Of a stretch of 39,887 bases of DNA, positions 24,171 to 34,085 are shown in pieces. The notes under the pieces were generated by a model. That model did no database searches. It saw only the letters and a program-made list of their open reading frames with translations, and was not told the origin of the DNA. Each line of letters opens with the position of its first letter. Within the stretch, counting starts at the first letter, position 1. A program made the position numbers and the translations under genes. Source of the stretch: Octopus bimaculoides (taxonomy: Eukaryota). The stretch is taken from assembly GCF_001194135.2 (NCBI RefSeq), contig NC_068988.1, forward strand, positions 46,869,922-46,909,808, written 5' to 3'.

Positions 24171-25157
24171 ATTCTATTCCACTCTAGGCACAAGGCTCGA
24201 AATTTTTTTTTTGGGGGGGGGGGCTAGGATTCAACCGATTAGATCGACTCCAATACGCAACTGATACTTAATTTATCGACAAAAAGATGAAAGGTAAAAG
24301 TCGACCTTAGCGGAATTTGAACTCAGAACGTAACGGCAGACGAAATACCGCTANNNNNNNNNNNNNNNNNNNNNNNNNNNNNNNNCTTAATTTATCGACC
24401 CCAAAAGGATGAAAGGCAAGAGTCGACCTACGCGAAATTTGAACTCAGAATGTAAAGGTAGACGAAATACCACTAAGCATTTCGCCCGGCGCGTTAACGT
24501 TTCTGCCAGCTCACCGCCTAAAAAATATTTTTTCTACTCTAGGCAAAAAGCCCGAATTTTTTTCTTTTTTTTTTGTGGGGTGGCAGTCGATTAAATAGAC
24601 TCCTGTAAGCAACTGGTACTTAATTTATCGACAAAAAGATGAAAGGTAAAAGTCGACCTTAGCGGAATTTGAACTCAGAACGTAACGGCAGACGAAATAC
24701 CGCTATTCATGTCGTCCAGCGCGCTAACGTTTCTGCCAGTTCGCCACCTTACTATGTATTGAATATACTTTTCTACCGTAGGCACAAGACCCGTAATGTG
24801 TTTTGGTGGGGGGAGGGGGCAGTCGATTAGATCGACCCCAATACGCGACTAGTACTTAATTTATTGACCCCGAAAGGATGAAAGGCAAAGTCGACCTTAG
24901 CGGAATTTGAACCCAGGACGTAAAGACAGACGAAATACCGATAAGCATTTCGCCTGGCATGCTAACATTTCTTAGTTGTTTATTGCCCACAAGGGGCTAA
25001 ACGTAGAGGGGACAAACAAGGCCAGACAAAGGGATTAAGTCGATTACATCGATCCCAGTGCATAAATGGTACTTAATTTATCGACCTCGAAAGGATAAAA
25101 GGCTAAGTCGACCTCGGCGAAATTTGAACTCAGAACGTAGCGACGAGCGAAATACCG
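24171..25157 (-). mobile_element. Head-to-tail/nested cluster of about five Meta/MESC-like SINE copies
   Basis: Repeated GACGAAATACC...CTAACGTTTCTGCC and TACTTAATTTAT(C/T)GAC...GAAAGG units. Approximate copies: 24171-24353, 24386-24520, 24524-24750, 24765-24967, 24968-25157. Two tail types are present. Confidence 0.92.
24354..24385. other. Assembly gap (32 N)
   Basis: N run in the sequence. Confidence 1.
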
Positions 25158-25538
25158 ATTTCTTTATTACCCATAAAGGGCTTTGCAAATAATTTTTAAG
25201 ACATTACCAAACATAAAGACAGTGCAAAACGCAACAAACATAAAATCGGGGTAATTAAAATAAAATGATAATATGCAAGGATGAAAAAATGAGGCGCAAT
25301 GTCCACTCCACCCACGAAGTCGGGTGGTTACATTTATCTAGTTTTTCACTTTTACGTTCAACGTCATGTAATCATTTTAACGGTTTTGTAATACAAAAAA
25401 TTCAAACACTCGCGTTACCTTTCTTCTATTAATCATTGTTACTTCCGTCCTTATCAACTGCAAATAATCAGTTCTAAGGGGTGGTGTCTCCACAAACCAT
25501 AACCGTTTTGTTATTATATTTTCACCAAGTTCTTTTAT

Positions 25539-25823
25539 CTACTCCCAGTAGTTTTCCTCTTGTATCAAAATGCATTTCTCAGCACATTTCTCTAGCATCT
25601 TGACTCTTATTGTTTCCTCCAACCTCTCGACTTTTCTCTCCATCTGCTCGCAATTCTCGTACTTTATCAAAAGCCACTTGTATTTGACATCTTTCTCCGT
25701 TCTCTCCTCCTCTTCTTGTACATTATTAGTTTCTGGCTTTTCTATCTCTTTTATGTTTTCTGTTGACCGTTCCTTTGACTTATTTTTCTTTCGTTTTTTT
25801 ATAGTTAGTAGCTCCATTTTCAT
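25539..25823 (-). CDS. Charged Lys/Glu-rich ORF overlapping ORF1 by ATGA; frameshifted ORF1 C-terminus or a second cistron
   Basis: 94-aa ORF from the track; ATG at 25823-25821 overlaps the TGA at 25822-25820; KKRKK basic patch and coiled-coil-like composition. Confidence 0.5.
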   Translation of the reverse strand: MKMELLTIKKRKKNKSKERSTENIKEIEKPETNNVQEEEERTEKDVKYKWLLIKYENCEQMERKVERLEETIRVKMLEKCAEKCILIQEENYWE

Positions 25824-26650
25824 TCTTCTCCTTTGTTTTCTGTTTCACACTTCTGTCTCTCTTTCATTTCCTCAGTGTGGTCCTCTGCTTGTGCTTTCTC
25901 TTGCTGTGGCTGTGTGAACTCATGTAGGCGGCATTTGGTCTTCATATGACCTCTTTCCCCGCATATGTAACAATTTGGTTTTCTTCTCTCGACTACGACA
26001 TTTAACGTTTTTTCGTCCTCCACTTCTATCTGGTAGGGAATTCTTTCTATGTCCTCGAATGTGGCAAAAAGCCACATTTCGAGTCCAAATCCCCACCATT
26101 TGCACACTTTTGTTTTCGCCACTGGTCCCAATTCCGGCTCCTCCTTGGTTGCAGCCAGCACTGTTGCAACCAACCACTCTGGTTTAGTATCTGGTGTAAC
26201 TCTGGGAATTCGTATTTTTACATTTCTTCCTCTATAGCTTGGTAGCAATGCTATTTTCTCACTTCTTAATATGTTGGTTGCATGCTTGGTTGCCTCTTCT
26301 ACAGTGGCGAACCTCACCTCAACCGTACCGAACTTTCTCCCTCTGTTGATGTACATGGCTTCATTGACAATTTCACCCAGGCACTCCTCGATTTCTTCTT
26401 CCGTCACCATTTCAATTTTACCGGTTTCGACAGCCTGTGTACGATACACTACTGTCCTCAGAATCTTATTTTGTTTAGTCTCTTTTGAGGGACACAATTT
26501 GTACGAGGCTCCCTCAACTTCTATCAACTTCCTGCTTCTGGTCACTTCCTCCATATCCAACTTGATTAACTTGGTTTCCAGCGGCACTGGCTTCCTCACC
26601 GCAGTGGCCTTGGCGTAGCTCTCCATACTGGAGACACTACCACTTCCCAT
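25820..26650 (-). CDS. Gag/ORF1-like nucleic-acid-binding protein (putative RRM-like region plus CCHC zinc knuckle), L1/Tx1-type
   Basis: Uninterrupted 276-aa ORF; CYICGERGHMKTKC is a CX2CX4HX4C knuckle, preceded by LNVVVERRKP as in L1/Tx1 ORF1 knuckles. The RRM-like assignment is by eye. Confidence 0.8.
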   Translation of the reverse strand: MGSGSVSSMESYAKATAVRKPVPLETKLIKLDMEEVTRSRKLIEVEGASYKLCPSKETKQNKILRTVVYRTQAVETGKIEMVTEEEIEECLGEIVNEAMYINRGRKFGTVEVRFATVEEATKHATNILRSEKIALLPSYRGRNVKIRIPRVTPDTKPEWLVATVLAATKEEPELGPVAKTKVCKWWGFGLEMWLFATFEDIERIPYQIEVEDEKTLNVVVERRKPNCYICGERGHMKTKCRLHEFTQPQQEKAQAEDHTEEMKERQKCETENKGEE

Positions 26651-26776
26651 AGCTGGGAAAAATGCAGCAGCTCACGTGAAATGCAATCGTAATAATTCCA
26701 CAAAAATCACAATTATTCACCGAGACAGTTTTCACAAAGTAACACAACAGTATTCAGAATAATTCACAGAGCCGTT

Positions 26777-26830
26777 ATACCGCTAAGCCGTTCGACCGGC
26801 GTGCTAACGTTTCTGCCAATTCGCCGCCTT
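26777..26830 (-). mobile_element. Detached tRNA-like head of the interrupted SINE
   Basis: Reverse complement AAGGCGGCGAATTGGCAGAAACGTTAGCACGCCGGTCGAACGGCTTAGCGGTAT continues seamlessly into TTCGCTCGTC... at 25151. Confidence 0.9.
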
Positions 26831-27069
26831 GCATATGTGTATATACGATATATGAATGTGTGTTTGCGTGTGTGTGTAATCATTACTCTGGCTGGAAGAA
26901 GGTAACGCTTTTAGTGCTGGGATCATAACAACTAAGACCTCTCTTATTGCCAAATATTTCGTAGAGTGTTTGGTGATAGGAAGGGCCAGAAGCTGTAGAA
27001 GCCATATTGAAATGAGAACACATAAGTAAAATGTGGTCCCCAACTTGACCAAGAATATAATAACTTCAA

Positions 27070-28075
27070 ATGTGCATTGAATCGGTCGTGTTTGTTTGTT
27101 TGTTTGTCCGTAGACAAGATATCTCGAGAACCACTAGATGGATTCGATGAAACTTTCAGGGATGTTTGGCTTCTTGACCGACACGAACTGATTAGATTTT
27201 GGGATCGATCGTGTTCTGTACAAGGATTCTGGATTATTTGTTATATTTACTTTACTTTACATGAAGTATTACGATCATACGGACTTTCAAGTCTTTCTCT
27301 GAAGGTTTTCACGTAAGCTATGGTGGCGTTGCTGTTTCCAAAGTTTTATTTTCGTTTCTTTATTATTAATTTTACTCGCGTCTTTATCTTAGTAGAAACT
27401 GATGGACAAAGAAATCAAACTACATAAACAAACGGCAGCGAAACCGTTCAGAAATTAAATAACACTAAAATATTTAGGAACAATAACAAATTTAATTTAT
27501 CCTCGACAATTTTTAGTTTTACCAATTTTGAATATATCACTCCTGTTTAAAACCTCTTACCTACTTGACAATTGTATTTCTAGATCTGCCTTGAAGGAAA
27601 CTTTACTTCTTGGACTCATGTTCTTGTGCGCAATGGTGTTGTTAAACCTCCGTTAACAACATCGTAGCAGATCCTTTCCATTTTCTTTTACGCACGGATA
27701 AACGTTTCACTATGAACCTTAATGGTCGTAAAGACACTATATCAGTGGATAGAGTAAAAAAAAAGGCCTTCATGAAGAAAACTGTCCTTGTTCCCACGGC
27801 AGACGACACACACTGCATTACAAACATGGTTCGCACACCCACCTTCACATTCCATGACTACAATTGGGATGGATCAAGTACTGAACAAGGATTCTGGATT
27901 ATTTTTCCGGTATTTTTACTTAATTTTTGTGAGCGGTCGGGTTCATTTTTGATATTCTCATTTGTGAGGGCAGACGAGTTTATTTAAGATATTCTCATTT
28001 TAAAAATCATCTCCAGCTAATCGTCGAGAGGACGTTGGTGTTGCCTTGACGGAGGTTAGCGCTCTATGAGTGGTC
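27070..28075 (+). mobile_element. Non-autonomous Helentron-associated (HINE/DINE-1-like) element
   Basis: (GTTT)n followed by ATCTCGAGAACCACTAGATGGATTCGATGAAACTTTCAGG...GATTAGATTTTGGGATCG core; 3' subterminal CCTTGACGGAGGT (28044-28056) followed by the hairpin CGCTC-TAT-GAGTG. 5' subTIR not clearly seen. Confidence 0.65.
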
Positions 28076-28459
28076 TTCTTTCAGTATGGTTTCATGACGA
28101 AAATTCTCAGTTCTTCAAGCACTTCGTTTAAGAGTGTTATTAATCACATCCACTTTGGATGGGTTACAATCACGCAGTTTCATACTATCGTGTATATCTA
28201 GCAATTTCGGGATGCTGCTTTATTTTGAAGTAAACCGACTGGTCATGGTTAATGGCAATTTAATTTACATTTCAAGTTCCAAGTGCACCCTAGGGGCAAA
28301 ACGTGAGTCCAGGTCTTGTGGTATATACACAACTACTGTTCTCACCAATAGTACAAATTAAGAGTTCATTGTGAATATTTAATAACACTTATATGTGTAA
28401 CTCTGTCTTTTTCTATGTCCCCTTTCTCTTTCTCTCTCTATATGTATTCTTATGGCAAT

Positions 28460-28860
28460 TAACTGTGCACTGAGAGGAAGCTTGCCAAAAGCAAGGAACT
28501 GTAAAACAGTGCAGAAGGCAAAGCTAACAGGCCTCGTTGTGAGGAAATTGAAGTGGGTTGCCAAAGTCTTTTGGGCATTCATTCTGCAGAGCTTTGACTT
28601 GGCTTGGAGTCACCGCTGCAGCAAAAGGAGGTTTATTAATTACATTGCTAAAGCTACAGAGAAGCTTGCTAGGTGGCTTTAGATAAAGAGAGAATACCTG
28701 TGGGTTGTTGCTATTGGGATACAAACTGGTATTGGATTAACCCCGGCTGAGTCAACTGGGTGAGGGAGTCTGATGTTGAAAGACTTGAAACCGTTTGAGA
28801 CAGTAGAAGCATCACTGATGTTGCATCCCAGACCATCCACAAGATGTAGATTTAAACTAA
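28460..28860 (+). mobile_element. Decayed HERO-like RLE LINE, C-terminus plus 3' UTR
   Basis: Frameshifted translation ERKLAK..EL / VKQCRRQS* / RCEEIEVGC / GHSFCRALTWLGVTAAAK / KRRFINYIAKATEKLARWL*IKR matches the restriction-like endonuclease end of HERO-type elements. Confidence 0.75.
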
Positions 28861-29067
28861 ACAAAGCTAAATATTAAAACTGTAGCTAATAACTGTTTTG
28901 CAGTATTCAGCTACTGCTCTTAAAGTTCTGAGATCGAATCCCAACGGTGGTTTTCTTTCCTTCAGGGTGAAAAGACAAAGTACCACTCAAGTCGTCCCTA
29001 CAAATTTGCTTGTCTTATAACTAATTTGTTAATAATAGTAACAGCATTTTTATTATTTCTTGTCCTT

Positions 29068-29465
29068 AAGACAGCAAGCTGACAGAATCGTTAACGCGCC
29101 GGGTGAAATAGTTAGCGGTATTTTGTCTGTCTTTACGTTCTGAGTTCAATATCAGCCGAGGTCGACTTTGCCTTTCATCCTTTCGGGGTTCGATAGATTA
29201 GGTAACAGTTACGTACTGGAGTCGATCTAATCGACTGGCCCCCTCCCCCAAAATTTCGGGCCTTGTGCCTGGAGTAGAAAAGAATCGTTAGCACGCTAGA
29301 CAAAATGCCATTTCATCCATCTTTACGGCCTGAGTTCAAATTCCACCAAGGGCGACTTTTTTCATGCTTTCACTGTCGATAAAATAAGTACAGCTGAATA
29401 AGGGATTGATGTAATCGGCTTAACCACTCCCTTACAATTGCTGGCCTAGTGCCAACATTTGAAAC
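29068..29465 (+). mobile_element. Meta/MESC-like SINE dimer (one copy nested in the head of another)
   Basis: AGAATCGTTAAC (29084-29095) and AGAATCGTTAGC (29281-29292) flank the first body; the second body is more decayed. Confidence 0.85.
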
Positions 29466-30277
29466 CATTATTTCCTTGCTGCTGATTATTGTTTTTCTAT
29501 ACAATATTTTTTCTGGTACTTGATTCTTTGTAAACCCCACCATTTTTATAATTTCCCTATAATGTCCCCACCTCATCTGTTCACTATGAAAGTATCGTTG
29601 TTGTTACTGTTGTTGTAGCTGTTGATTTCATTCAATATATTTGATTTTCTCATATCTTTAATTGATTGACATTTATTTTTTGTTTGCAGATTTCATGAAC
29701 CTTTGAAGGTCAAATGAAAACTAGGTTAATTTTTAATGATCACCCTAAAGGTATTTTTTTGATAAAATTTTCTTTGCAAATTTACATTTATTTTTCCTTC
29801 ATTTCAATATTTATTTATTTTCCATTTATATTAATTTTCTTCATATATTTGATTTTATTGTTGTTGTGGTTGCTTATGGTGTGTGAGAAGGGGTATTTTT
29901 CGTTTTCTTTCCTTCTTATCATATTTGTTTCCTGATTTTATCTGTTCGGCTGTTTGCTATTTGTTTTTAGTCTTTATTTTTGTGGGTTTTCATCATTATA
30001 TTTTGTGTTTGTTTAGTCAATTATAGGCTTACAGAATAAATTAAGTTTCAGCTTTAGGGAGATATCGAAAGATATATCTTAGTAATCATTTTCTCAAAAT
30101 ATCTGGTTGAAGGCAGCTAACTTATTGCAAGCTCTAGCATGACTGTGTGGTTAAGAATTTCGATTCTCAACCTTGTGCTGCTGCTTTCTCTATAACTGCA
30201 AGTTTAGCTATATTGCATAAGTAGAATTTAGCATATGAAAATAGCAAACACTAATTGTATGTTTGTATGTATATAAG

Positions 30278-30426
30278 ATGTAGCTGTGTTGTAAGTAGCT
30301 TGCCTACCAACCACATGGCTCCGGTTTCAGTCCCACTGCGTGACACCTTGGGCAAATGTCTTCTGCTATAGCCTCGGACCGATCAAAGCTTTGTAAGTGG
30401 TAGACGGAAACTGAAAGAAGCTCGTA

Positions 30427-30471
<45 letters not shown>

Positions 30472-30682
30472 AATATGCTTGTGTGTCTGAATTTGTCCCC
30501 GAACCATCGCTTGACAACCGATGTTGGCGTGTCTACGTGCCCGTGACTTAGTGGTTCAGCAAAAGGGACTGATAGAATAAGTACTAGGCTTACAAAAAAT
30601 AAGTTCTGGGGTCGATTTGTTCGACTAGGAGGTGGTGCTCCAGCATGGCTGCAGTCAAACGACTGAAACAAATGAAAGAATA
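30278..30682 (+). mobile_element. Bipartite tRNA-derived SINE with central (TA)n
   Basis: Head AACCACATGGCTCCGGTTTCAGTCCCACTGCG...CCTTGGGCAAATGTC; (TA)n at about 30430-30468; 3' half ending GGTGCTCCAGCATGGCTGCAGTCAAACGACTGAAAC. Confidence 0.85.
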
Positions 30683-30699
30683 TGCCTATATTATGTATG

Positions 30700-30750
<51 letters not shown>

Positions 30751-31319
30751 TTTATTTGTGTATTAACAAGGCAACCAATGGTTTCACGCGAAAAGATTCT
30801 TCAAGCTTACCACAAACATTTGCTCGGGAATGAAATTTGCTTAGGTTGTACAAATCCAGGTCCGAAACATTTTTACAAAGTCTTATTGCTTTTTTTTTTG
30901 TGTGTTATTTAATCTTGTTCTTCGTTATTTGAAAATAAACTTAATTTCAAGTAGCTTTTTTACATATCACCTTTGACGCAATTCTCTAAACAAGAGAAAA
31001 ATAAATAGACGTGCAAATTTTTATTTTGCACCCACAAAAATTTTTGGAGGTGCTTCTACACTACTTTCACCCCCATGTTCCAGGACCCATGACCACAAGG
31101 AAGTGTTGGCACTCGTTTCCTTTCTGGATGAGGATACTCGAGATTACACGAGACTCAACGGGATATCGAAATAAATACACAGATCACAAGAAGTAATTTA
31201 TAAGAATATCTTAATTGTTATCTCCCTTGCATTAGCTCTGGATTTTCACAAGAAATTATGTTCACCAGAGATTAATTAATTCTTGAATTATCTTACCTTT
31301 AATGATAGATAAGTAAATA

Positions 31320-31530
31320 AATGCCAGATGACCGATGCGGAAGAAAACAGTGAAACTGAAAGACTACAGAAGACATATGCAAAGATGATGAGAGATAGTT
31401 ATAGGATTTTGAATGGTACAAGAGATGACAAGGGAACACTACGACTAGCAGAATGCTGCGTTGTATATCCTATCCAACGCAGGCAAATGGAAATATTGAA
31501 GGCAGAAAATTATAATGACGATGGTGATAT
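31320..31530 (+). mobile_element. Decayed RTE 3' end
   Basis: RLQKTYAKMMRDSYRILNGTRDDKGTLRLA parallels GRPRKTW.ev...Dl..l.l...mt.DR..WR; the DNA ends in a degenerate CCAAC.CA.GCA.ATGGAAA...GATGGTGAT tail. Confidence 0.4.
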
Positions 31531-32119
31531 ACAGTAATGAGTGTTTTGTATATTTATAAAAACATCATTGACTTAATAAATGTTCTACGTACATGTAAAG
31601 AATGTGCGATGTTAAATATTTGATTTTGTTTTATTAAGTGTAATTCTGACGTTTTAATAATTACATGAATGATTCAATATGCGTGTACAGTATTAGTGTA
31701 TACCAATGCAAAGCAGTCATTGCGGTGCTTTCCTTTACATCTAAAAGTAAACTCAGCCAGTGAACACACAATGATTGATCCAATACCAGACGAAAATAAA
31801 AGTAGGATCGATATAATTAACAGAAACACTTGAAAACGCTGCTCCAGTATGGCTAGAATCTAGTGACTGAAACCAAGCCAACAAAAAAGTAAAGGAGTAT
31901 CATACACAAACTATTTTTGCGATTTCCTTTCTCTTTTTCTTCCTTCTCTCTCCCCTTTCTATTTCTCTGTCTTTCTCTCATAAAACTGCTGTAGAAAGAA
32001 TATCCGGTGTGATGTTTTCGTTATTTAAATTATTTTCGCCAAAAATTACATTCATAATTAACGTCATTACTCATGTTTACTAAATGCCTAAGTATACAGG
32101 TTGTGAAGTGAAGAGCGTT

Positions 32120-33400
32120 ACAGCGATTAGCGGCAAATGCATGTTATACAATAACTTTTCTGAAAACCGACGTCCTTCATTGCATTTGATTGTATCCTGG
32201 TTATTAAGAAGATATGTTCACACATGGCATGTATCATGCAAATGGACACTTAGAGAGGCGTACGAAAGATATTTGTCGAATAAATTTGTCATTGCTCTCA
32301 TACACATTTTGTAAAGCCAAATCTCTCTTTTAGATATCATCAATCCCGTGTATTATTTAGAGCACGAGATACTGTGCATAAAAGGAGCGTACACTGGCAT
32401 CAGAGGCATGAAAATAAAAAAAAAAGACCTGCTGTCGTGATATTTGCATAGAATATCTTATTCAAAATCCATTTAACAATGTGGTGTCGAGGTTGCATCT
32501 AATGTTTGTGTATTTGTCAGATGTAAGCACAACGTAGGTTTTCTGCGAAAACTCGGGAGATTTACTGAATGATACACAACCAACGGTTTTAACTAAAAAT
32601 CTTTACCTCACCTTTCTTCAAATAAAATGTGCCAAACGATCCTTACAACGCTGGAAACTTGGTTGAGATTGTTCGTTTTAAAAATATGCGACTTCTCGAA
32701 GCCATTCTTTTCCAAAATAATCCGGTTTCATTCTTATTACATATTTGTTTTGAGTATATTTGTTTTCTTCAATCATTTTCTTCCCAGCAAAAAGGCAGTG
32801 CATTGAGCTTCAACTTTATCAGTACTGGATGACTCTCTACAAATTTTTACATTAATTCTATTCTATTCTTAAATCGTTCAAACGAGCAATCATTTACATC
32901 GAATGTCTTTTCAATTCTGGTGCGATTACCATTATTTTTCCTGGCTATAAATAATACCCTCAAAGCTTTTGCTTAAATCATAGCTTTGCAAAGAAAAATA
33001 CAATTTTTATCAAAATCCTAAATCTATACAGTAAAAAGACGCTGCATTTCTATCATGGTAATGCTTCTACTGCTTGTAGATGATTGCAAACTGCAAAAAA
33101 TCGGCTGTAATTTTCTTACTTTTATTCCAGTTATATTTTGTAGGGTCGATTCATGCTAACCAAGATCGTAGCCAAATCTCGAATTGCTTTTATAAATTCT
33201 CTTGCTTGATGCAACTGAAATATTCGCGACACAAGTATTTTCTTATTTTTCGTAATTATGGAACACGATATATATAAACCCAAACAATATCTTTATTGAA
33301 AATACATGACACATTATTGCACGACGACGACAGTAAAGAACAAAGTGATGAGTCGTTGCAGCATATGAGACGCATTGACTTTAATTATCACGCCAAAAAT
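32120..33400 (-). mobile_element. Decayed Tigger/pogo-family DNA transposon
   Basis: Minus-strand translation gives IEMQRLFTV*I*DFDKNCIFLCKAMI*AKAL (CENP-B-type HTH), FERFKNR, QICNKNETGLFWKRM (first catalytic Asp region), KDRL and KPLVVYHS. Confidence 0.8.
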
Positions 33401-33644
33401 TCCTACAGAATGGCATTAGTTTCAAACTAACTGAAAAATGCTACTATTATTTCATAAAACGTATTAAATTATATTCCTATTATTCGAATTCATATTCATT
33501 GAGGTCTTATACATATATGCATAGATACATGCATCCATACAGCTTGGTACTAATGACGCCGCATGCAAACACACATAAATACACACACACACGTGCAAGT
33601 ATACATACATAAACACACACACACACACACACAAAGGGTAAAGT

Positions 33645-33740
33645 GAAGGCGCATGGCTCAGTGGTTAGAACGTCGGGCTCACAGTCATGAGGTGGTGAGT
33701 TCGATTCCTGGACCCTGCTGTGTGTTGTGTTCATGAGCAA
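33645..33740 (+). mobile_element. 5' part of a CORE-like tRNA-derived SINE
   Basis: TGGCTCAGTGG A-box and GAGTTCGATTCC B-box; homologous to 23474 and truncated at GAGCAA. Confidence 0.88.
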
Positions 33741-34085
33741 AAGGGATAGAAATGCAGGAAAAACACTAAAATCTAATAACCGATGCAAACGTTGTGAAGT
33801 TAACACCAAAGATATCACCTACATCATAAGCAGTTGTCCGAAACTGTCATCACAGTATTATCTACCGATGAGACATGATATAGCTAGGACACTCTATAAT
33901 GAAATCCGCCGGAAGGATAATTCAGTGGACAAAGAAATAAGAACCCACAGTATGGGAGAAGTCGTAGCCATTCATAATAAAAAGGAGTACTGGTGGAATG
34001 TCCCAGTGAAGACCTCAATAAAATGTAAGCACAACAGACCTGAAATAATGATTTGGGACAGTGGAAAAGTGAAAATCATAGTTCA
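33741..34085 (+). mobile_element. RLE-type (R4/Dong-like) LINE fragment: zinc finger and start of the endonuclease, inactivated
   Basis: CKRC...ITYIISSC (CCHC with H to Y), YYLPMRHD, WWNVPVKT and KHNRPEI (PD to PE) in ORF 33727-34104. Confidence 0.8.

Larger units (their letters stand above)
25158..26776 (-). mobile_element. 1619-bp ORF1-only non-LTR retroelement inserted in a SINE, 6-bp TSD
   Basis: ATACCG on both sides (25152-25157 and 26777-26782) splits one SINE into head and body. No LTRs and no RT ORF. The 3' end GCCCTTTATGGGTAATAAAGAAAT matches the SINE tail at 21/24 nt. Confidence 0.85.

Noticed and set aside
24171-25157. Regularly recurring motif resembling a CRISPR-like array
   Set aside because: Units are ~200-bp SINE monomers with homologous interiors, not short repeats with unique spacers.
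25158-26776. Interpretation of the gag-like element as an LTR/TRIM or retroviral remnant
   Set aside because: No terminal direct repeats, PBS or PPT; it ends in an AATAAA-containing SINE-type tail, as expected for target-primed insertion.
28765-28800. CTGATG...GAAAC resembling a hammerhead core or C/D boxes in the HERO 3' UTR
   Set aside because: A9 is absent and no stem II forms between the boxes; no snoRNA-like terminal stem.
31011-31196. 61-aa ORF in a GC-richer patch
   Set aside because: No recognisable motif in any frame; probably the end of a small non-autonomous DNA element.
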